Assembly (NCBI GenBank): GCA_043228905.1 | Contig: JBHGNT010000009.1 | Span: 8,432,001 to 8,496,000 of the forward strand | Length of the DNA: 64,000 bases | Source of the DNA: Azolla caroliniana | Lineage: Eukaryota > Plantae > Polypodiophyta | Reading direction: 5' to 3' | In this document: in pieces, positions 48,113-60,468 of the stretch | Layout: each line of letters begins with the position of its first letter | Position numbering within the stretch: the stretch's first letter is position 1 | Translations under genes and position numbers: made by a program | The notes under the pieces: model-generated | What the model saw: the letters and a program-made list of their open reading frames with translations, nothing else | Told to the model about the DNA's origin: nothing | Database searches by the model: none

Positions 48113-50589
48113 GATCGTCAGTGTTTGAGCCGGTTCCCATACATTCGAGTGGATCACATCGAGGAGGCCTTTGCTTATATAGCTCTCCTTTGGGAATGGG
48201 AGTCGATGTTGTTTACCGAGTTGACATGCTTCGCACACTCGGTCAACTCGTTTCAACTCAAAGGCCGGAGGTCAGATAAAGACTCCCTTTGATTGCATTG
48301 CTCGAAGCCATTGAAGGCTGATGTGGTCGATTCTTTTTGTGCCACAACTCGATGTTCGTCTCGGTTTTGAGACCTTTGGCATACATGGACGATTTCACCT
48401 CGTTCGAATCGAGGATGAACATTCGACCTTGTTTCCGTCCCCTAGCTATGAGTCAACCATCTTTTTCTATAAAGCATCCTTCGTTGTTGAAACGAACTTG
48501 CATTCCTTGCTCCATGATTTGGCCTACTGAGACCAAATTCTTTGTTATTGTAGGCACATGCAAGACATTCTTGATGCAATTGTTTCGTCCATCGTTGCCG
48601 AATGGAATGTTGCCGATGTGTCAAATGGGATGTGTGGTGTCGTCTCCTTTCTCTATGTAGCCGGGTCGATCCGGCGTTCTTAAGTCACGAAACCACTCTT
48701 GGTGTGATGTCATATGATGTGATGTGCCAGAGTCGACGAACCACATGTCTTCCGAGTTGGAGGTCTATGTCTCATTACGAATAGCCCACCATAGTCGTCG
48801 TATTCTTAGTTGGTGGCATAATTTTTGAGTTGTTGGCTTGTCGAGGCCGACTCAATTCTCTTCTTTCGGCACTCCTCTTCGCGGTGGCCGATTTTGCCAC
48901 AATAGTTGCAAGTAGCGGACCTCGTTTGACGAACTTGTTCGGCATGGAAGCTCCCCCTTCTTCCAAAGGTTCCTCGATGGCTTCCCTCATGTTGTCGAAG
49001 TTTTGAGTTCCCTTCGTGAGATGGGTCGAATCGACCTCTTCTAGCACCTTGACCTTGTCCTCGGCCACCATTCGAATTCGAGAAGAAAATTTGTCCTTCC
49101 AACATCTTGGTCTTGGTTTGGATGTGGTTCTCTTCGACCAATAACATTGATTGGAGGTCAAAGAACAAAGGAGGGTTTTCTCTCGCTAAGATAACCATCC
49201 TAATCGGGTCTAACTGATGTGTGAGGTCGCCCAAGCATACTTGAACCATCTCGTCTTCGTCGACGTTTACGTTGATGGAACCAAGTGAGTCGCAAATGCT
49301 CTTGATCTTGGCGGTGTAGTCCGACACAAGCATATCTTTTTGTTGTATGTTGTTGAACTCTTGCCAGAGTTGAAGCTTGCGGCCGGTTGTGTTGGCGACG
49401 AAAATTTTCTTTAAGTTCACCCATGCTTCTTTAGGCGTCTTGGTGTCTCGAATGTGGCTAAGCATGTGGTTGTGGACACATGTTGCCAAGCAATACATTA
49501 CCCGACTCGCTCCTTGCTCCCACGTTGGGTAGTTGGCGTTTGTGATGTCGGGTTTGGTTTCGAGTGCGCCGTTGATGTAGCTCTAATATCCTTGGCCGAC
49601 AAGGTATTGGTTCATCTTGTACTCCCAAGATGAATAATTGCTCCGGTCTAGCTTTTCACTAGGGAGCGAGCTACCCATTTGTGTGTTCATGTTGATGTAG
49701 TGTCTTCCTTCTTGGCTTTTCTTTGTTTGGGCACATACACATGCTACATAGCGGCACTATGGTAGCGGATAGCTGGATTTGTCGTCGTCGTCTTGAACAC
49801 ACAATCATGAAGTCGAGTGGGCTTAGTGGATGTACTAAACCACACGCTCTGATACCATGTTAATAATTAGGTAATTAACTAGGGTTAATTAGGGTCTAAC
49901 TATGTGAGTATTGATAAAGCAACGGAAGATTATGTGTTATGTGTGTGTGAGGAAGAGAGAGAGGAAGTTACAATTATGAACAATAATATAAATGGGGGAT
50001 GATTAACAAGAGTGTAGCTGAAGACTTTTCTCTATATTAATAAAAATCAAGTTACAAAAATACCCTCAATGAGGTATATATACAACTCATGTGCAAGGAT
50101 GCACATGTGTGAGTAGAATATAGGTACAAGGATTTAAGTCCTATATTCATATACTTGGTAGTGGAGGATCTAGAATGTATCCCCACTTACGTACAAGTAC
50201 AAGAACCTATTTAAGGGTTTAAAAGGTCAATACACTAACTAGAATCTATCTAGGTAACTACTAAGTTACGTGGTTAACTAAATGACTAAACTAAGTTGAG
50301 CTTGATATCTCAACAAGAGCACCACAATGCATTCCATAAACCTATTGCTGTTTTTGCTTCAACCAATCACCAATAGGAAGAGCATAATGAATCAAAAGCC
50401 AATGAAAACAAATAGCTTTTTTCGGTAAGTGCATACTCCACAACCATTTCCAAACTTTTGCCAGTTGCAATTCATGCATATTATTCTCAGACCAATGCTT
50501 CATGGCAACTGAGCATTTATACTTTGATTGCAACAACAAATCTCTACCTAACTTAACAAAATATTGGAAAAACTACAAAGGTGTACTAT

Positions 50590-51180
50590 TTCCATAGAAA
50601 AGAATTGCAAGCGGAAGCTTATAGACGGAACCGGCTTCACCGGATAGCAACAGAGAATAAGCACAAGTTTAATGGAAGCTCCAGAACAGAGAATACACAG
50701 GAGAGATAGAGAGAGCAGAATAACATAAAAATAATTCAAAATAATAACACTCTGTACATACAACGTGCTCAGTGAGTACTTTTATACAAGTCCTTAAAAG
50801 GACTAATGGAAGTATTGACATGTACTTCAATACTCATACAAGCGACTGACATTGACTCCTAAAAATATGCGTATGTACTAGGCTAGAATCATAGGCTATG
50901 AAAGTTAGCGTGCGGAAGCTTGACAAAACCGGTTTAGCCGGGCAACAACAGAGAATAGAAAACACAGGTTCAATGGAAGCTTGAGAATATATAGCATACA
51001 CGAGAGAGAAAGAGAGAGAAGAACATAAAACTCTATACAAAAATAACACTCTATAACATTGTACGTAGAATGTGCTCAGAGAGCACTTTTATACAAGTCC
51101 ATAAGGGACTGATAGAAGTATTGACAAGTACTTTAATGCTCATACAAGCAACTGACACTGCTACCAAGAGAAAACATGTA
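50590..51180 (-). repeat. Two tandem partial LTR copies (period about 300 bp) resembling the D LTR
   Basis: GCGGAAGCTT at about 50610 and 50912; the reverse complement resembles 8670-8830 (CTTGTATAAA...AGAGTGTT...TTTTGAATTA). Confidence 0.65.
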
Positions 51181-51439
51181 ATCAGAGGTGGATCAGCGAT
51201 CCGATGCATCACCAACCCAGTCGGCATCGGTATATCCGACTAGCTTCCCTGTTATACCGTGTCGGTATAACAGTCCTTGGTCCTTTGTGCCGCTAACATA
51301 CCGGAGTATATGGTGTGCGCACTGAAGGTGCTTGACGATCGGCTTCTGCATGAACTGGCTGATCATTCCGACCGGGTAACCGATGTCGGGTCGAGTGATT
51401 GTCAAGTATATGAGGCTTCCAACAATTTGTTGGAACCGT

Positions 51440-54400
51440 TGTCGTGGAGAAAACCGTCCCTAGGCGGAATCGGAGAATGATGTGCGCAAACCGGCCCTTA
51501 CACACAGACACAAGTTTTGTTGTAATGTACATATTTAGGTACAAGTCGGCTGATGTGAATATCCTAGGTCGCACGGATTTGATAGGTAGGAAATCGAGGC
51601 ATATCTCTGTCCGAAAGGACAGAGAATAAAGATGATGTAACAAGTTGTAATGACCTCCCTCCTTGGGCTATAAAAGAGAGGGAGAGGAATGGTAAAAGGG
51701 GACCGAGCTCTTCTCCATCTTTCTCTGCATTTGCTTTGCCCAGGTTTTGGGGAGGCTGACTCTGCTCCGCGGAACGCCCGAGTGCTTCCAACAGAGTCTC
51801 CATCTCGCTCTTTTGTGTGCGTGTGCGTAGGCATAGGAGATTTGTCACTCATTGGCCTGCTGGTTGTAACCCCTTTTTCATCAAAAAATATATATACATA
51901 TACACATTCGTCTCGTTTCCGTTGTTTCATTCGGTTGCGGTTTCTGTGTATCTCTGTGTGTGTGTGTGTATGGAAGCACGACCGTTGTCTTTCTTGCTCC
52001 TACTTTTGATCGGTTATTCCTCGGTCCAAGACCCCCTTGTGGTCTCGCCTCGTTCTATACGCACGCGTGTAACAACGCGACATATTTGGCGAACCCGACG
52101 TGAACAGGCAGCAGAGGAATAGAAAAGATGAGTGGAACGGAGCTTGTAGAAGCCATGGCCTTAGCTGTAGATTGATTAGTGAGTGCGCGTGAAGGCACAG
52201 GCACCCTCGATAGGGCTATTGAAGCAATCGTCGGCACGATAGGCCGGTTCGGTGGAAAGGACGCCACGAGCTACTTGGAGGCCTACCGAGCCGAAATGGT
52301 GATGAGGGACATTCCAGAAGACAAGCGACTGGCTGGATTCCTTCGGGTGGCGATGCCGGGCATCCACGCGGAGGTGCTCGAGGTACGGGCTGAGAGCTGG
52401 ACCTGGGAAGAGTTTGAAGGTCGGCTTCTTGAGAAATACGGGTTTGATGACGCGCTTCGGCTATCGAAGCGGGGCTTCATGGAATCGGTGGAGACCCCCG
52501 AAAAGGGGAGAAACGCGTCGGTGGTCCTCTGGGAGTTTGAAGAATGCTTCGCGCATCTTTCGGCGTTGGACCGGACCGTACTAGACACAAGTTGTGTCCT
52601 ATTATTTGTTAAATCGGTGGATGTGAGGGACCGGGAGCAAGTAGGCTTCCTGCTGGAGACCGATGACGGGCTAACGGCTGACTGGGCCGTGGTGAAGAGA
52701 GTCTGTGGCCGTTTCGACAAACGGCGTGAGTCGGTCGATAAAGGCTCGTCGGGGGCGGGCTCTATTGTGGCAAGGAAGCTCGAGGTACCCCCACTGGTGC
52801 GAAGGGAGGAGACCCGAGACTGGCTTGAGACCAACTCGACTTTGACTAGTGTGGTCAAAGGCCCGTCCGGAGGAGCGGCTCTGGAGGAGCTGACTCAGAT
52901 GGTGAGGGACCTCCAGATTGCACAGGCATGGAGGGACGACGGCGAACAAGCCCGTGACCGAAGGCCTCTGGCTGGGCATCGGTGCTTGTGGTGCGACGGT
53001 GTCGGCCACGCCCAAAAGGACTGCGGGGACTTCGCTGAAGCGATAAGGGCCAACGTGGTGTACTTGTGGAATGGGCGGGTACACGCTAGTGAAACCCGAA
53101 GGGCCCTGGATCTGAACTTCGGACGAGGGGGGATGAAATGATTGATGGAGGAAGCGGCGGCTCGCCACGCGGAGACCATCCACTACTTGGCGTCGGCGGG
53201 AATCCGGGTCAAGAGTGATGAAGTCCAGAAAACGAAGGACTTCGGGTTCTGGCCATTAATGTTGGAAGGCCTAGCCGGCGTACGGCTAAGGAAAGAGGAA
53301 GCGAATTGCGCAGAAAGACGGGTCCAGGAGGTAACTGGGTGGAGTGACCCGGTCGAAGAGAAGACGGGCTTCGTGGAAGCCGCGTGCCAAAACTACGAGG
53401 TTCTGGTGGAAGACAAGCGCGCGGGAAAGACCGGGGGGGCTGGACCCTCACAACGGTATGACACCCGGTTCGGGCTGAAGCAGAATGATGTCGGTGCATC
53501 CGGCGCACCGGACAAGGCCAAGAAGGCCGATTACCGGTTGAGCACAAAGATTGAAAGGACCACGGACCTACGAAAGGTCCTGGAGGAACGGATCCCTCGA
53601 CAACAAAGTGGAGCTGTCGCTGAGGGAAGTGCTCGGTATCGCCAAGAAGGAGTTCCACAACTCCATCGTAGACTTGGTGAAGCGGAAAAGGCTTTCGATG
53701 GAGCCAGAGCCAGAGAAGCTGGTGGAGGTGCGAACCGACGCACCTAGAAGACATGGCCCTGGAGGACAAGTTGGCGGAAAGCCACTACTTGAGGCTACAT
53801 TGGGCTAGGGCCACTACGGAAACCCCTGTTCAGATCGGGGACGTCCAGGAGCCGGTGGTGGCGTTGGTAGACCATGGTTTGGAGATCAACTTGATATCCA
53901 TGGACTTCTACAAGAAGGGAAAGTGGACGATCAACACCACGCACGGGTGGAAGATACGCGCGGTGACACGCGCTACAGAGGAGCTGCATGGTGCATGCCC
54001 GAATGTATGCGTAAAGATCGGTGACGTCGAGATAGATCAACACTTCTTTGTGCAGGAGACCTCCTCGCACCCGGTGATACTCGGCGAGCCATACATTACG
54101 GCGGCATGGATGGAAACGAAGGTGCTTGACAACGGATCGGCGTACGCGCGCGTGAAGAGCCAAGACAAACATCGCTCTGTTCAATTTTTGACGGTGAGGC
54201 CGAACCATGAGCGTAATCGTGAGACCCTTGGCGGCGAGGGCCGAGGGGAGTTTTAGAGAGGGCTATCAAGGCGTGGGGCCGAGATAGTCCGGACACCCCG
54301 GAAGAACCCCACACATGTACCATAGATAGGAAATTTTGGTTCTTCGATAATGGAGGTTGTACTATAACCGACATCAGTGGCCGCGAAAAGAAGCGGGTGG

Positions 54401-57400
54401 AAGAAAGAATCAGGGCGTACGGAGTCCTCGGCCCTGGCGAAGAGATTGGCAGTGCCGTGGAGGCGGTCTCCTTCGATGACACCTTGGGGGAATTCCGTGA
54501 GGTTGTCGAAGGAGGCCTTAGCGAAGACCGGGCAGTTCCGGTTGGTTCAGTGGAGATGTACGAAGTCATCGCTGACTTTGGGAAATGGGTCGGGTCTGGT
54601 CGGACGGCTCGCGTGGATACCAGGTACAAGACTGTGGACCGGAATGTGAGGCCAGACCCAAGTTTACGAGACCCAAGTTTACGAGATCCGGCTGGCATAG
54701 GACACCGATTCACCGACATAATGCTACGAGAGCTCAAGGTAGGTGGGGGTGGCTTTATACTGCCGGCGGAGGAGGACCGGTTTCGGAGAATGCTTAGGAG
54801 GCACGGAAAGGCCTTCACATTCTCGCCGGAGGAGATTGGGTGCGTAGACCCGACGATTGTGGAACCAATGGTGATCTTCATGGTACCGCATGTACCGTGG
54901 AATCTCAAACCGATTCCAGTACCCAGAGCTCACATCCCGAAGCTGATGGAGTTGCTGAAATAGAAGGTGGATATGGGCATCCTCGAACCGTCGAGTGCCC
55001 CGTATTCTAATCGGTGGTTTACTGTGCCCAAGAAGAACGGCATGCTGTGCTTCATTCAAGACCTGCAACCGGTCAACAAGGTGACCTTTCAGAACGTAGG
55101 AATTGGACCGACCATAGACGAGTTCACGGAGGCCTTCGCCGGAAGGTCAATTTACTCGGTTGGTGATCTGTACTCGGGATACGATCAGTTCCAGCTAGCC
55201 ATGGAGAGCGGGGACATTACGACGATGCGGACTCCTCTCGGCCTAGGACGGATGTGTACCCTTCCGCAAGGAGGGACGAACTCGGTAGCCCACATGGTGA
55301 ACGCAATGAACAAAGTGCTAAGGGATTGTATCCCGGACATCACCATGCCATTCTTACACGACATCTTGATCAAAGGATGCATGGTGGAGGATAAGGACGA
55401 GACAATTGGACTTGATGGATGCCGGAAATTCGTTGCCGACCACGTCAATGACTGCGAGAAGGTGCTGCAAAGACTAGAGGGCGTGAGGCTCACCTTCTCC
55501 AGGGAAAAATCAGCCTTAGGGAAATCGGAGATCATGGTCGTCGGAAACCTATGCGGGCCATTTGGTCGGAAACCGTCACCGGCCAAGGTAGAGGCCATCT
55601 CTGCGATGAAGCGCGACTGCAATTCGGTCACGGAAGTCTAGAGATTCTTGGGAGCATGCGCGTTCTACCATATTTGGATCCCGCATTACACCCACGTCGC
55701 GGAGCCGCTCTATGGATTGCTGAAGAAAGGGCGCAATTTTGAGTGGAGAGAGGAGCATACGGAGTCGGTCCGGAAAATGAAAGAAGCACTTGCTGCGGCG
55801 TCGGCACTCCGGAAAGCGGTCTACAATAAAGACATTCTGATTTACGTGACCGTAGACACGAGTCTGACCGGAATCGGATGGGTGATCAACTAGGAGGATG
55901 AGAATAGCACGAGGTTCCCCATCCGGTTCGGCGTGAAAGTCCTCAGTAAACGACATAGAGGGTACGCCCAGGTTAAACGCGAACTCTGGGGTATCATTTC
56001 AGTGGTCAAGGCCGACAAAGACTACCTGATCGAGATGGAGGGGATAATTGAGATGGACTGCCTGCCGATTCTCGGTATGGTTTCTGGATGCGTGACGCCG
56101 GACCTGGCAATGCTCAGGTGGATAACGTACATCAAGTCCCTGAATCCGGAAATACGACAAATTTCCGGAAAAGAAAACGCCATGGCCGACATGCTGTGGA
56201 GGGCGAGATTCGATGATGAGGATGGCATGGTTTCGGAGGACGAAGAAGTTGGCGTGGACTTCTTCGAGACGGCTTACGTAACAACAAGGGGAGCACTCTG
56301 GCGCTTAACGAGTTCGACGAGAGCAAGTATGATGGGGAGTGGCTCCAGATCGGCGGGTTCCTAAAGATAATGACACCAGACGTGGTGTGGACGAAGGAAG
56401 AGACCAACCGGATTCGGAAGAAAGCGTACCAATTCTTCCTATAGGATGGGTGCATATGGAAGCACCCGAAGAAGAGAAACGGTATCCCGCTCCGGGTTGT
56501 GGCGAAGAAAGAGGAACAGGTGGAACTGCTGATGGCGTACCACGAGAGTCCCTGGGCCGGACACCGCGGGACGTGGGCCACATTCGAGAAGCTGAAGGGG
56601 AAGTACTGGTGGCCGGGACTATACCGGGACGTGCATTGGTTCGTGACGGCTTGCGAAGGCTGTCAGATGCACTCCATAGTCCGACATCGGGATGAGCTCC
56701 ACCCGAACCTACCCTTCGACCGTCCACTTCAAGTGGATGGTGGATTTGGTGATGATGCCAATGGGGGTAGGGCAGATGTGATATCTGGTGCTGGCTCGAG
56801 AGAACTTGACGAACCAAGTGGAACGCCGAGCGTTGCCGAACAAAACGACCGCGGCCGTGTGCCAATTTCTGATCGAAGAAGTGGTATGCCGGTACGGGTG
56901 CGTAGGAAAGATCGTAGCCGACCGCAGAGAATTGGACGCACAAGAGGCTGAAGAGCTGTTTGACCGGCTAGGGGTTAAACTCTCGCTCACCACGGCATAC
57001 AATCCGGAGGCAAACGGGAAGGTGGAACATGGACACGGGCCGATCGTCAAAGTGTTAGTGCGGGCATGTGGAGGCCAAGTCGGAAACTGGCCACGGTTCT
57101 TACCCTATGCGTTGTGGGCCGACCGAACTACGCACAGTTCGGTAACCGGGTTCATGTCGGCAGAGTTGATGTATGGGCTGAAGCCGGTCATGCCAATGGA
57201 GCAAACGATCTCCTCATGGGCCACAGTGGACTGGAGAGACGACATGAGCCGGGAGGAGCTATTAGCGGCGTGGATCCGACAGTTCGAGTGAAGACCGGAG
57301 GATGTCGAACGAGCTGCGGAAAAGCTGCGGGCCGCGAGGGTAAAGAACAAGGGACGATTCGACCAGACTCACCGACTAAGGTCGAAAAAAATCGAGGAAG

Positions 57401-58434
57401 GCAACTGGGTTCTGGTATATGACAACAACCTCGACAACCAACACTAGGCAGTGCGGAAGTTCACAAGAAGGTGGTTCGGGCCTTACGTGGTGACAAGCGC
57501 CAACGACAATGGGACCGACCATCTCGCGGAGCGTGACGGGACAAGGATGGCAATACCGGTGGCCAGGAAAAGGATCAAAGCGTTCAAAAAGCGGCATGAG
57601 GATGAACCAGACCTGGACGACTTGGATAGCGAGGACGACCGGTTCAGAGCGAATGGCGATCCGGAGGACGAAGGGTAAGCGCGGGCCGGTCTTCTCCGGC
57701 AAGAGTCAATTTTGGCGCATACCAGTGGATGCGCGGTTAGGTGGGGGTTGATGTCATGGAGAAAACCGTGCCTAGGCGGAATCGGAGAATAATGTGCGCA
57801 AACCGGCCCTTACACGCGGGCACAAGTTTTGTTGTAATGTACATATTTAGGTACAAGTCGGCTGATGTGAATATCCTAGGTCGCACGGATTTGATAAGTA
57901 GGAAATCGAGGCATATCTCTGTCCGAAAGGACAGAGAATAAAGATGATGTAACAAGTTGTAACGGCCTCCCTCCTTGGGCTATAAAAGAGAGGGAGAGGA
58001 ATGGTAAAAGGGATCGCTTTTGTCAAGGATGAAGTGCTATCGGACTAGGACTGAGCTCTTCTCCGTCTTTCTTTGTATTGGCTCTGTGCAAGTTTTGGGG
58101 AGGCTGACTCTGCTCCGCGGAACGCTCGAGTGCTTTTGGCAGAGTCTCCATCTCGCTCTTCTGTGTGCGTGTGCGTAGGCGTAGGAGATTTGTCGCTCAC
58201 CGGCCTACTGGTTGTAACCCCTTTTTCATCAAAATATATATATACATATACACATTCGTCTCGTTTCCGTTGTTTCATTCGGTTGCGGTTTCTGTGTATC
58301 TCTGTGTGTGTGTGTGTGTGTGTGGAAGCACGACCGTTGTCTTTCTTGCTCCTACTCCTGATCGATTATTCCTCGATCGTAGACCCCCCTGTGGTCCCGC
58401 CTCGTTCTATACGCATGCGCGTAACAACACGACA
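51440..58434 (+). mobile_element. Full-length decayed non-chromoviral Ty3/Gypsy element J (LTRs 51440-52082 and 57752-58434)
   Basis: Trp-type PBS TGGCGAACCCGACGTGAA at 52087; PPT 57739-57751; flanks CCGT/CCAT; domain order gag-PR-RT-RH-IN. Confidence 0.95.
52128..57678 (+). pseudogene. gag-PR and pol of Gypsy J, with stops and frameshifts
   Basis: CLWCDGVGHAQKDC, ALVDHGLEINL, YSNRWFTVPKK, LPQGGTNS, PFLHDI (decayed FLDD), HESPWAGH...CEGC, AYNPEANG; no chromodomain. Confidence 0.9.
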
Positions 58435-60468
58435 CCATTTCTCATCGTAGGCCGGTCCGGAGTTGGGACATAACTTCTGGTTCCGGTCCAAGGGTGTGGA
58501 GATTAGTCGACATGCCGTCATGCCGAACTTGTACAACATATTCAACACATAGTGTCTTTGTGAGAGCAATATGCCATCGGGGGTCCGGATCACCTGAATC
58601 CCAAGAAAATAATGAAGGTCCCCCAAGTCCTTCATTTCAAATGCGTCTGACAGTTGGAACTTCACTCTGCTGATTTTATCCAGTCTGGGTCTGGTGATGA
58701 CTAAATCATCAACATATAGCAGGATATAAACCGGACCGTCCAGGCCTTTCCGAATGAACAGTGACGAGTTCGACTTTGAGGCCACAAACCCCATCTTATG
58801 CAACCGGTGTGTGATCTTCCCATTCCAAGATCGGGGCTTTGCTTCAGACCCTAAAACGACTTCTTGAGTCAGCATACTGCCGACTTGTTCATCTCCGATT
58901 GGAAACTGTGCAGTTGGATCGGTTTACACTGTCGGGGGGGGTCAACCAGGTCCCATGTGTTGTTGGAATCAAGTGCCTGCATTTCTTCCTCCATAGTAGC
59001 ACGCCAATTTGCGTCTTTTGCTTCTTTTGTGTAGCTCTTCGGATCACGCACTTCCGCCACCTTAGTCATTTACGCATAGTTATGCGCCATGTACTCATTG
59101 TATCTATACCTCATGACGGTTTTCTTTTGGCGGATTGAGCAATGTATCTTTTTGTTAGCCGGTTTGAGGCCCTTCTTGGCCGGTTTAGACTTCCTTTCTG
59201 AAGATCCGCCTTCTTCCTTTCCGGGGCCAGATTTGTTCCGATCCGACCCTTCACTTCCGGTATTGTATTCTGACATCTTCTTCTTCCCCTTCTCTTTGCG
59301 CGTGAATCGTCTCCTCGGTTCCTTGCGCGGGTAGAGGACGACAGAGTTTCAACTACTCGCCGTTTCTTCATCCGACTGGTCATCCTGACTCAGCCGCTCA
59401 TTTGGCCAACTTAGCCGGAATGAGATCGGACTCTCATCTAGAGTACCGAATCCTTCATCTTCTACCTGGACCTCTTTGGGCTCACTAGCCTCATCTTCAG
59501 GAATCGGGTCGGAGTCAGAAGTTGGAGTCGGTAGAGAGTACCATGATGTTGATTCATCAAACTCGACATCTCGGCTTACTCAGACTTGTTTAGTCTAGGG
59601 GTTATAACACTTATACCCCTTCTGTTCATGCGAGTAACCGATTAGCATGCACTTCTCCAACTTCAGATCCAACTTCCTCCGCTTCTCATCCGGTATATGC
59701 ACATATGCTATGCTACCGAAGATCTGAAGGTGTCTCAAATTCGGCGTCCACCCAAAATAAAGCTGATGTGATGACAACTTGTCCTTGATCCTGTTTTGGA
59801 TGTAGATGGCCATCCGGACCGCCTCAGCCTAGTAGAATTTGGGCATGCTCTTCTCCTCTAGTATTGCCCTTGTTGCGTCGACAATCGACTGGTTCTTTCT
59901 CTCGACCACATCATTTTGTTCCGGTGTGTATTGGCAGCTGAATTCTCTCTGAATTCCATTCTGCTGTAGATAATAGTTGAACTGCCCAGAAAAGTATTCT
60001 TTTCCGCCATCCGACCGTAGGGACTTGATCTTCCTCTTTGTTTCCCTTTCGACTAAACTTTGAAGGTTCTGAAAATAGTCAAAGACTTCACTTTTCTTCT
60101 CGATGAGATAGATCCATGTGTGCCGGTTGTAATCGTCGATGAAGGAGAAGAAATACTGACTCCTGCCAACACTAATGTTCTGTGCTGGTCCCCATACATC
60201 CGAATGGATTAGATCGAGCTTGTTACGACTCCGGTTTCATTCGGTGGGGAATTTAAGCCGGTGTTGCTTCCCAAGTCGGCAGGCTCCACATATTTGGGCC
60301 TTCCGACCACTAAAATTTGGCAATCCGAACACAACTTGTTTCGATTGCAGATCTTGAAGCCTCCGGTAGTTGACGTGGTCGATTTGCTTATGCCAAAGAT
60401 CGATATTCGATTCAATCTTTTGTCCTTTGGAAAACATGGCGGTGCCAACGTCATTTGTGTTGAGGATG

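Larger units (their letters stand above)
41373..50315 (-). mobile_element. Copia element H (E lineage), lacking RT and RNase H; LTRs 41373-41834 and 49858-50315; host of G
   Basis: iMet PBS at 49846-49857; gag/PR/IN remnants; jumps from EPKS...PRWVEAI to the 3' region; TSD about GAGCA with 1-nt ambiguity; LTRs visibly more diverged than those of G. Confidence 0.9.
40860..50550 (-). mobile_element. 3' fragment of an L1-type LINE (about 40860-41372 plus 50316-50550) split by Copia H
   Basis: WKWLWSMHLPKKAICFHWLLIHYALPIG (zf-RVT region) on one side and LWIIWKARCDFVF on the other. Confidence 0.75.
51190..60468 (-). mobile_element. Decayed Copia fragment I (51190-51439 plus 58435-60468), split by Gypsy J
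   Basis: GYTDADWVG, ITRPDIGYPVG, LYVDDLVI, KCMLIGYSHEQKGYKC, WHKQIDHVN. Confidence 0.88.
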
